A stretch of 64,000 nt of DNA from a virus: positions 263-64,262 of the IMG/VR virus record IMGVR_UViG_3300010382_000019; one strand, 5' to 3'. Shown one piece after another: positions 18,054-25,842 of the stretch. The notes below the pieces were generated by a model, which saw only the letters and a program-made list of their open reading frames with translations, ran no database searches and was not told the origin of the DNA. Numbering within the stretch: position 1 is the first letter of the stretch; the number at the start of each line of letters is the position of its first letter. The position numbers were made by a program, and so were the translations under genes.

Positions 18054-18494
18054 TCATTTAATATCGCTACTCTCATCATTTTTATTTAACTTCTCAAACT
18101 CTTCTCCATATACAATGAGTAATGCATTGTCAACCATCCTGCCCATTGCAATATGGTTTTTCACCGCATAATTACGGAGATCCGCCAGGATTTTTATGTC
18201 CAATGATAGGTTAACTCTCTCCCTGGTTATAAGGTCAGATTTTAGTTCTCCCATATCCCCAAACTCAGCTTCGTATTCTTCCATATTTAGATTTTTATAA
18301 GCCCATTCCTGGGCGGCTTCACTATTAAGTGGGGCTATTTTTTTAACTTTAGCTGAGTATAAAAAGTATGCGCCTTTAGGGTTTTTATATAGCTGATGGG
18401 CTTTATTATCACTCCCAACAAGCTTTGATGTTGCTGTGTTATAAACCCGCCCATTAATTACTTTTCGCAATAATGTCCCTCCTTTAACCTCCAT
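18054..18494 (-). CDS. Hypothetical protein with C-terminal ribbon-helix-helix
   Basis: RKVINGRVYNT N-terminus; RERVNLSLD..LRNYA..MGRMVDNAL. Confidence 0.6.
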   Translation of the reverse strand: MEVKGGTLLRKVINGRVYNTATSKLVGSDNKAHQLYKNPKGAYFLYSAKVKKIAPLNSEAAQEWAYKNLNMEEYEAEFGDMGELKSDLITRERVNLSLDIKILADLRNYAVKNHIAMGRMVDNALLIVYGEEFEKLNKNDESSDIK

Positions 18495-18587
18495 TTGCTA
18501 CTAAATCATTCTCTAATTATTCGCTGTTTTCTTAGTAACTCCTGCTAATAAAGTCTATAAGCGTTGATCCTTTCGGGCAACGGAATT

Positions 18588-18911
18588 TTACCGTTTCGGA
18601 GAACCGGCAACCTCGGGACTTGCTAATATAGCCTTGCGTACAATCTCTGAGTAATGATAAACATGGTCATACGGATGATACAGTAAACCAAGTATAAAAT
18701 TACTATCCGGCTTTATACTCCCCCAACCGCCTATAACTTCCCCATAGTGTCGAGCATTTTCAACGGTTTTAAAGCCGTTTGTAAAGGTACCGTCAGAATT
18801 TTTAAGATAGATATCATCCCCAAATGTGATTGCCTCTTTGCCGTTAATATATACGGTTGCGCTGCCTTGCGTAACGCTTGTACGGTTTCTTTTAACTTCG
18901 ACTGTTAACAT
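18588..18911 (-). CDS. Hypothetical protein
   Basis: AAGGAGGG RBS. Confidence 0.7.
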   Translation of the reverse strand: MLTVEVKRNRTSVTQGSATVYINGKEAITFGDDIYLKNSDGTFTNGFKTVENARHYGEVIGGWGSIKPDSNFILGLLYHPYDHVYHYSEIVRKAILASPEVAGSPKR

Positions 18912-19081
18912 TTTGTTACCCTCCTTAAAATTTTATAGGTAGCTTTTAAGCTGCCAATATGATTGCTTATATAATTGATATATAGAGAGGATATAAGCTA
19001 TAATATATATTGCCTATATCCTCTCTTGAACGGTTGGGTTTAGGGTTTAGCCTCCGGTTGGCTGTGGTAAGTTGCCGGAGG

Positions 19082-19444
19082 CTATTTCTCTTCTTCTGCG
19101 ATTACACTAGTATCTAGCAGCCAGTAAATACATATATCTCTGTCGTCAAATTCCTCAGTCCATGCTTCACGGTATCTGTTGTCGATACCGATATACTTTC
19201 CACCGTCCTTTTGGATAAACAGTCCTAATGGTTTTCTAGTATCAATTATGCTAAGTGCTTGCTCCTGATTGATTTCTTGAATTACTCCTGCCTCTAGCAA
19301 GTGCTTAATACATGCATCAATGACTTTCTTGCTATTTTTGAGCTGCTCCTGTAGGTATTTCTTTTTGCTCTTTTTCATAGTAGGTACTTTAATGTTCGTG
19401 CTATTTTTCATGTGCAATCCCTCCTTTCCAAATGCTACATGCAA
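19082..19444 (-). CDS. Hypothetical phage protein (true start probably the MKNST Met)
   Basis: AAGGAGGG RBS inside the track ORF; downstream hairpin. Confidence 0.65.
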   Translation of the reverse strand: MHVAFGKEGLHMKNSTNIKVPTMKKSKKKYLQEQLKNSKKVIDACIKHLLEAGVIQEINQEQALSIIDTRKPLGLFIQKDGGKYIGIDNRYREAWTEEFDDRDICIYWLLDTSVIAEEEK

Positions 19445-19508
19445 GCATTTACACTTGCACTTCTTTGAGCTTAAAGTCTATGCATACATTGTTCTCAATC
19501 CCCCTTTT

Positions 19509-19748
19509 TTAATCACCGCTATATATACCGTGTTCTTTCTTATAAAAACAATCCTCAACATATTCCTTGCTGCCATATCTGCCCCAATAATAATCGACTG
19601 GTTCGTTGTTAGGGTGAGTTTTATAACTCCAACATACGTATTTAGTGCCATATGGTGTCTGTAATTCGCCTATTACTGCTATGTCGCCTTGCTGTATTAT
19701 TTTGTATCCAGCGTGTATTTTACCTAATAATTCTTTTCTCATAATCAA
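19509..19748 (-). CDS. Hypothetical protein
   Basis: AAGGGGG RBS. Confidence 0.65.
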   Translation of the reverse strand: MIMRKELLGKIHAGYKIIQQGDIAVIGELQTPYGTKYVCWSYKTHPNNEPVDYYWGRYGSKEYVEDCFYKKEHGIYSGD

Positions 19749-20258
19749 TACCCCCTTCTAAAATCTGTGACCTCTTGCCCCTTAACCGCTTCTTTGCCAT
19801 TAATGTAAAGTTTCATTATGGTTCAAACTCCCCTCATTTATCTATTTACCTACTTTCAATATACATCAATTTGTGTATATAATAAAAATATAAAAAGCGT
19901 TAAAAATCAACAAATAGTCATAAAATTACAAAATATCATAAGTTATATCAATATTACATAGATTATCTTGGTATATCTATGCTTTATATATCTATAAATT
20001 TTATAAACATAGTACAAACCATTGCAAAGTTTACCGTTTGCATACCATTTACAACTATTTAGGAGAGTTGTATACTAAAATTAGATAAATAAAATATTTA
20101 GTAGTACAGGTTTAATTCAAAGCCTGTACTATTTTTATAAAGTTGTTGCTCTGGGCGGCAGATGGGTAGTTTGCTCTATATAGCTGTGGGTGGGAGTTAG
20201 AGCATATATTTAAGGCAATTCTTATAGGCTGTTATTATTTTTAGGCAGGTGAAAAGGT

Positions 20259-20471
20259 ATGGCAGTATTAGAAGTTACAGAAGAACGAAAACGCATCTTA
20301 CAGATAGCTCTAAGTGAATATATTGCTGACATGATGGATTATTCAAAGCGAGGCATAGAGCAAGAAGACTATTCAGTATGTAAACCATGTAATAACGCTG
20401 CGGAGATTGCGGACGGAATATTAGCAGGCATTGGCTGTGAATTGCTTCCCCATGGTTGGGACAGATGGTGA
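20259..20471 (+). CDS. Hypothetical phage protein
   Basis: AGGTG RBS; precedes terS. Confidence 0.6.
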   Translation: MAVLEVTEERKRILQIALSEYIADMMDYSKRGIEQEDYSVCKPCNNAAEIADGILAGIGCELLPHGWDRW

Positions 20472-20497
20472 ATTAAAATGATAGCAGGTGAAAAGAT

Positions 20498-21046
20498 ATG
20501 AACGATTATATAAACCAGGATACAGATAAAAGCATAGAAAAGGGTAACAGCATCTACATAGAAAAGGTAAATAACAGATGTAAATATGATAGTAGCATTA
20601 TAGACAATAGAGTATATAAATTATGTTTGCTTGGAGCTACAGACAAAGATATTGTAGAAATTATAGGGATTACTGAGTCAACTTTTAATGAGTGGAAAAA
20701 ACAATATCCTAGTTTATCGGAGTCCATAAAAAGAGGCAAACGAGATGCAGACGCAAATGTAGCCGAATCCCTCTATAAAAAAGCAACTGGAACGTTTAGA
20801 ACAAGAGAAGTCAAGGAAACAGTAGACGAAAAAGGAAATGTTAAGGAAACAGTTACAACCGAAAAAGAAAATATGCCTGATACAATAGCTCAAATATTCT
20901 GGCTTAAGAACCGTGATCCGAATCGGTGGAAGGATAAACAGGAAGTTGATAACAACATCAATATTAAAACTTTGCAGATATTACCGCCAGAAGATGATAT
21001 CAAAGAGCTTACGGAAGCAGAAGAACCGAAACATATAGAAGAATAG
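20498..21046 (+). CDS. terS: Terminase small subunit
   Basis: LLGATDKDIVEIIGITESTFNEWKK HTH, VAESLYKKATG, PDTIAQIFWLKNR. Confidence 0.8.
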   Translation: MNDYINQDTDKSIEKGNSIYIEKVNNRCKYDSSIIDNRVYKLCLLGATDKDIVEIIGITESTFNEWKKQYPSLSESIKRGKRDADANVAESLYKKATGTFRTREVKETVDEKGNVKETVTTEKENMPDTIAQIFWLKNRDPNRWKDKQEVDNNINIKTLQILPPEDDIKELTEAEEPKHIEE

Positions 21047-21545
21047 CAAACTGGAAATAGGTTCAAGAATAACTTTGGCTAATTTACTGGGTTTAGTGAT
21101 ATAGCTTCACCATACCAATACAAGAAATGATGAAACAAAAATGGAAATTAAGGTAGACATAATAAAAATACATTCAAGAACTGAGTAATTGCAACGGTTA
21201 GAAGGTCATTGCACGAAACACATGTTTCGCGCAGAATTTTTGAAATTCAAAATTCAAGATTTTTCAAGGCTTTTCAGGATTTAATCATATAAAGGGAGGA
21301 TAAGCCTAAGGCTGGAATTATACATATAATACCGGAGCCATCGGCAACCTTCCTTTTTTTATGCGCGTACCTGTGCGTTTTCGCCTGGGTGTATGTGTAG
21401 GTATGAATGTGTGATGCGGTACGGAACGCAGGAGGGGGGGCAGGCAGGTTCGAGAAACTTTTTTACCTCCTCATACTATTCAAAATGTACCGCCGAAAAC
21501 AAAAGACTCTTTTCGACATAGACAATTAATGGAAGTGATAAATAA

Positions 21546-21983
21546 GTGGAAACAGTGGCTTTAGAACTGAAAGAAGCAAATGAGTTTGTGCATAGCCTGC
21601 ATAGGCATCATAAGCCAGTACATAGGGATAAATTTCGTTGTGGTGTAGTGGATGATAAAGGGAAATTACGAGGTGTAATACAAGTAGCAAGACCTGTAGC
21701 AAGGAACCTAAACGATGGGAGAATGGTTGTAAGGCTTTGCACTGATGGATATAGAAATGCTTGTAGCTTTCTATACAGTAAAGCGGCAAGAGCAGCCAAA
21801 GAATTGGGGTACAAGAAGATCATAACCTATATACTTGAATCCGAAACAGGGACAAGTCTCAAAGCGGCAGGGTGGATGCATGAAACTGATACAAGGGGGC
21901 ATAGTTGGAATTGCCCAAGTAGACCAAGAACAACTACAGCGCCGGATGATAGTAAACAGCGTTGGGCTAAATACCTAAATTAA
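21546..21983 (+). CDS. XF1762/Mom-like GNAT-fold protein
   Basis: ANEFVHSLHRHHKP, RPVARNL, RLCTDG, CSFLY, ITYILESETGTSLKAAGW. Confidence 0.7.
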   Translation: METVALELKEANEFVHSLHRHHKPVHRDKFRCGVVDDKGKLRGVIQVARPVARNLNDGRMVVRLCTDGYRNACSFLYSKAARAAKELGYKKIITYILESETGTSLKAAGWMHETDTRGHSWNCPSRPRTTTAPDDSKQRWAKYLN

Positions 21984-22072
21984 GGCAAAAGACTATTTTG
22001 TACATGTCAAGACTATTCCGCATCATGAATAAATTACCACATAACTAATGAATGAATTTTGTATTTTGCATC

Positions 22073-22101
22073 TTGATAATTGAATAATACGGTATTAATA
22101 T
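22073..22101 (+). promoter_or_regulatory. Candidate cassette-array promoter (Pc-like)
   Basis: TTGATA (22073-22078), 17-bp spacer, TAATAT (22096-22101). Confidence 0.45.
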
Positions 22102-22150
22102 GTATAGCTCTTGAACAAGTAGTTGTAAAATTTGGAAGGATAAGCTATCA

Positions 22151-22199
22151 TTAAAGGAGGCATTTACGATATACTGTCGTAAATGCTATAGTTATCGGA
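22151..22199 (+). other. Upstream recombination site of the cassette array (attI-like or reduced attC)
   Basis: 10-bp inverted repeat GCATTTACGA/TCGTAAATGC, then GTTATCGGA core at 22191. Confidence 0.55.
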
Positions 22200-22289
22200 A
22201 AGATGAGGCAGGACCGCGCGTTCTTGTGCGGATTTCTAGGATGTGTTCTAATACAATTAGTATTTTTACTATATAGTTTGGAGGATACA

Positions 22290-23099
22290 ATGAAGTTATC
22301 AGATTATTCATTAAACACACTAAAGGATTTTGTGACTGGAGATAGTAAACTTACACCATACTTATCTGGCCCTCAATTGGTAAAACTGTTTAATAAATAT
22401 GGATTCCGTGATATTTACTCATATGATTCAGGGGGATTACCTGGGAAGATGAGTAGAAATGAGTATGCATTATCAAGAATGAAAGACATTAATGGAACAA
22501 AAAAGTTGAAAGAACTTATAGAGAGTTTAGTAGATGATAGAAATTATATTTCATTAGAATTAGATAATGAAGTTGCTGCTAACAAAATAAACGAAATAAT
22601 TAAATATGATGGTTTTAAACTAGAAAGAATAGATGATTTATATGCTGTTGTAGGTGATGTTGTATATGAAGATGAAGTTGAAGTAGAAGTCCATTTTGAA
22701 GAGATTCAATCCCAGATAATAGAGCAAATAGGAGAAGCTAAATTCATCATATGGATTGCAGTTGCTTGGTTTACAGATAAAAAATTGTTTAATGAAGTAT
22801 TGAAAAAGAAAAAAGAAGGTTTAAATGTACAGGTTATAATAATTGACGATCAAATAAATGCTAATGCAGATTTTGATTTGGAATTATACTTTGAAACATA
22901 TAAGGTCCCGAAGAAAGGTTACTTTGAGAATATTATGCACAATAAGTTTTGTGTAATTGACCTTAAGACAGTAATCCATGGTTCGTACAATTGGACTAAT
23001 AAGGCCAAATACAATAAAGAGACTATTTCGATTGAAACAAGTAGAGAACTTGCTGAGATGTTTGCAAAACAATTCATTCAGTTAAAGAATGAAATATAA
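22290..23099 (+). CDS. AbiJ-NTD-like domain fused to phospholipase D-family nuclease; cassette 1, predicted defence gene
   Basis: HNKFCVID (HxKxxxxD) and GSYNWT motifs; N-terminal YLSGPQLVKLFNKYG..SRNEY helical domain. ATG 22290 follows GGAGG (ORF track gives 22203). Confidence 0.75.
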   Translation: MKLSDYSLNTLKDFVTGDSKLTPYLSGPQLVKLFNKYGFRDIYSYDSGGLPGKMSRNEYALSRMKDINGTKKLKELIESLVDDRNYISLELDNEVAANKINEIIKYDGFKLERIDDLYAVVGDVVYEDEVEVEVHFEEIQSQIIEQIGEAKFIIWIAVAWFTDKKLFNEVLKKKKEGLNVQVIIIDDQINANADFDLELYFETYKVPKKGYFENIMHNKFCVIDLKTVIHGSYNWTNKAKYNKETISIETSRELAEMFAKQFIQLKNEI

Positions 23100-23145
23100 G
23101 GGTGCGTCATCCGTGCCGCACTCCGGCTTCGCATGGTTTCATCCA

Positions 23146-23291
23146 TCCGATAACAAAGCCCTCACGCTGCGGTATGGGCAGGCAAGAGCAGGGAGCAGGG
23201 CAACCATACCCCTTCACCGGGAGCGAAGCTCCACCAGGGGGAAGACCATGGGGTCCGGTTCAGGGACGTTGTGAGTGCGGAGACGTTAGGT
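23146..23291 (+). repeat. attC-like site 1 (complete)
   Basis: TAAC-aaa-GCCCTCAC ... GTGAGTGC-ggagac-GTTAGGT; GC-rich island in AT-rich DNA. Confidence 0.8.
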
Positions 23292-23380
23292 GAAATCATC
23301 AAACTAATTTAAAATTTTAATATTATACTTTCTTGTTAAATTATAAGAAGTAAATAGAAAATAATATGTTGGAGGTTAAG

Positions 23381-24046
23381 ATGAGTTATTTACCAAAGAA
23401 AGAACGAGTTAATAACAACTTGAAAAGAGAAATACTAATTGGGATAATTGTATCTTTGCTTACTATGGTATTCCTAGAACCTATATGGAGAATTTTCACT
23501 ACATATTTACTTAGGAGCGGAAATGCGCTATACAACTATATATTAAATCGTTTTGTAATCAAAGCATCAATTGGATATAGTAGTGAACTTATTGAAACTG
23601 CATGCATACATATTATTTCGATATTTAGTGGGCTTTATTTTCTTATGATTATGAGACTATATGATGTGAGAAATAAATTATCAAAGCATCTAAAGAGTCC
23701 AGAGGAGAATAATGTTGAGGATGCCTCAGAAGTTTTTACAAGCGCAGAAAAGCTACTTCATAAGAGTAAGAGAGCATTAATAACTGGCACTATTGTACTT
23801 ATTCTTTTCATCTTTGTAAGTGCATACCCAATTTTGGAGATAAGCACAACAAATAAGATGAATCTATATTTTGAATGTAATTTGAAGATTATTTCTGTAT
23901 ATGCCAAGGAAAATGAAATTATAGAGCTAAAAGGCTTATGGGCATCAATGGAAACTTACGATGATTATAAATATATACTAAACAAAATGGAACAGATTGG
24001 GCAAAACTATGAATTGAAGTTAAAAAAAATGCTGTTAGATAAATAA
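23381..24046 (+). CDS. Membrane protein of unknown function; cassette 2
   Basis: About 3 TM segments; GGAGG RBS before ATG 23381; lies between attC-like sites. Confidence 0.75.
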   Translation: MSYLPKKERVNNNLKREILIGIIVSLLTMVFLEPIWRIFTTYLLRSGNALYNYILNRFVIKASIGYSSELIETACIHIISIFSGLYFLMIMRLYDVRNKLSKHLKSPEENNVEDASEVFTSAEKLLHKSKRALITGTIVLILFIFVSAYPILEISTTNKMNLYFECNLKIISVYAKENEIIELKGLWASMETYDDYKYILNKMEQIGQNYELKLKKMLLDK

Positions 24047-24076
24047 TGTTATTACTCATAATCAACTACACAAGGA

Positions 24077-24281
24077 AGTTTGATGACTTCATATAACAAA
24101 GCTCTCACGCTACGGCACGAAGGGCAAGAGCAAGAGGTAGGCGTGCCTTGGGTTGCCTGATGTATTTGCTTCGGACTGGAATCAGGGCAACTACACTCAC
24201 TTCATTGGGAGCAAAGATTTGCTAGGGGGAAGAACTCTGATGTTCGGTTCAGTGGATTCGTGAGTGCGGAGCCTTTATATA
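24077..24281 (+). repeat. attC-like site 2 (core G replaced by T at 24274)
   Basis: TAAC-aaa-GCTCTCAC ... GTGAGTGC-ggagcc-TTTATAT. Shares GGCAAGAGCA, AGGGCAAC, AGGGGGAAGA and CGGTTCAG blocks with site 1. Confidence 0.75.
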
Positions 24282-24376
24282 AAATATGGCGCAAAGAATC
24301 GCAATATTGTGTAGTGGAATGTACTGAGTTGTGTTTATTATAAAAATAATCAATATGAAAGCATGGAGATCATTTT

Positions 24377-25099
24377 ATGTTATATCAAGTATTTGAATAT
24401 TATAAAAAAGAATTAAGCATGTATAATTTGGTTTTCAAACTCTTCAAATTCTGGTTTTATTGTTTATTAATATTTCCATTCATATGTGGTACAACTGTAG
24501 TTTTTATATCAGTTATTTATAAGAAGCTTTTTACATATGCTTTTTTTATTTCAATAATATTACCCTTTGTTATATTGTTTATTATCGTAAACGAAAAAGC
24601 AAAAAAGGTTGTAAAGAAGAATTTCGGAGTATCCTCTAAAGAAATTATGTGGAACTCATATGATGTATTATTTGTTATTAGAAAGCATGAAAAGGCTTTA
24701 TTATTAAACTACTTAAAAGATATTGATAGTGGTATAGGTGAAATAGATATTAAAGAATTATCTGAAGCTGCCCTAATTGAAGCTGAGAGTTTAAAAACAA
24801 AATTTCCAATAATACCATCGTTTTTTGCTGCATTATTTGTTTCTCTATGGAATAATTTTTTTGCCTGGGTATATAAATTTGAAAACATTAAAAATTTTAA
24901 TTCTGCGATACAGATATTCTCTATTGCTACCCTTGCTATTTTAATGATAATCGGTTTATTTATCATGATATCAATGGTTTATAATTCAATTAAGGAAGAT
25001 ATTTTTGATAAAGATCAGAAAAAAATGAAGGCATTTTCACAATTATTGAAAGAAATATATGATAATATGGAGAGGGAAAAAAGAAGAAAAACAAAGTAG
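24377..25099 (+). CDS. Membrane protein of unknown function; cassette 3
   Basis: About 4 TM segments in two hairpins; very low GC. Confidence 0.75.
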   Translation: MLYQVFEYYKKELSMYNLVFKLFKFWFYCLLIFPFICGTTVVFISVIYKKLFTYAFFISIILPFVILFIIVNEKAKKVVKKNFGVSSKEIMWNSYDVLFVIRKHEKALLLNYLKDIDSGIGEIDIKELSEAALIEAESLKTKFPIIPSFFAALFVSLWNNFFAWVYKFENIKNFNSAIQIFSIATLAILMIIGLFIMISMVYNSIKEDIFDKDQKKMKAFSQLLKEIYDNMEREKRRKTK

Positions 25100-25333
25100 T
25101 AGACAAAGAGGTTCTAAAGCTAAATACAATGATTTTTATAGTAAAGATATCAAATATTTTTTATGAATTAATTGAGTCAGATACTATTAAGGAACATCCC
25201 AATTAATCCTGTGAAGCTTTGAAATATTGTAAAAGTAATGAGATTGTGTGAGTAATCAAGTATTATAAATGTGTTTAGAGATATGAATTGAGATATAGGA
25301 TGCCGACATTTATATCAACTCTAAGCACATAGG

Positions 25334-25410
25334 GTGCCATCCATCATATAACAACGCACTCACGCTGCGGCAGGGAGGAAAAGAAATAGGATATATGTAG
25401 CCTTGGGTTG
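25334..25410 (+). repeat. attC-like site 3 (truncated; left half only)
   Basis: TAAC-aac-GCACTCACGCTGCGG ... GCCTTGGGTTG, matching site 2; similarity then stops. Confidence 0.65.
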
Positions 25411-25591
25411 AGAGTAACAGAACTCAATAGTCTTAAATTTAACAATATGCATAAATACCGTATTATTCAGTAATGGATTTTACGGTATTTTTATATCGAA
25501 TTACAAGTTATTAGTAAAAACGTAGAAGGAATACATAAGGTATAAATACTTTATCTCATCAAAAACATTCGCTTGTAGGAGGTTGGTTTAA

Positions 25592-25750
25592 TTGCAAAAT
25601 ACAGAAGTAAAATGTAAAACTTGTGGCAGAACATTATTTTTCATAAAAGACGGTGTACTTGAAATAAAATGTAGGGATGGGACAATTAAAAGAATTTCAT
25701 TATTAGAGTTATCATCCCTTAGAAACGAGTTAACAGTTATTAAAATATAA
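25592..25750 (+). CDS. Com-family zinc-finger-like protein (52 aa), not in ORF track
   Basis: AGGAGG RBS, TTG start, KCKTCGRTLF...LEIKCRDG. Confidence 0.65.
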   Translation: MQNTEVKCKTCGRTLFFIKDGVLEIKCRDGTIKRISLLELSSLRNELTVIKI

Positions 25751-25780
25751 GAGTTCCAGGAACGCCTAGAGTGTCGAGAG

Positions 25781-25822
25781 AGCCTATTCATTACCTTAAC
25801 GGGTAGTGAGTAGGCTTTTTTT
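25781..25822 (+). terminator. Intrinsic terminator immediately upstream of terL
   Basis: AGCCTATTCATTACC / GGTAGTGAGTAGGCT stem followed by a U7 tract. Confidence 0.7.
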
Positions 25823-25842
25823 ATTTGCCTGAAAAGGAGGCG

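Noticed and set aside
21047-21545. tRNA or defined cos site in the non-coding gap after terS
   Set aside because: No cloverleaf or T-loop motif could be built, and the G-run alone does not define a packaging site.
23089-23293. ORFs 23089-23274 and 23102-23293
   Set aside because: Chance open frames across the GC-rich attC-like repeat.
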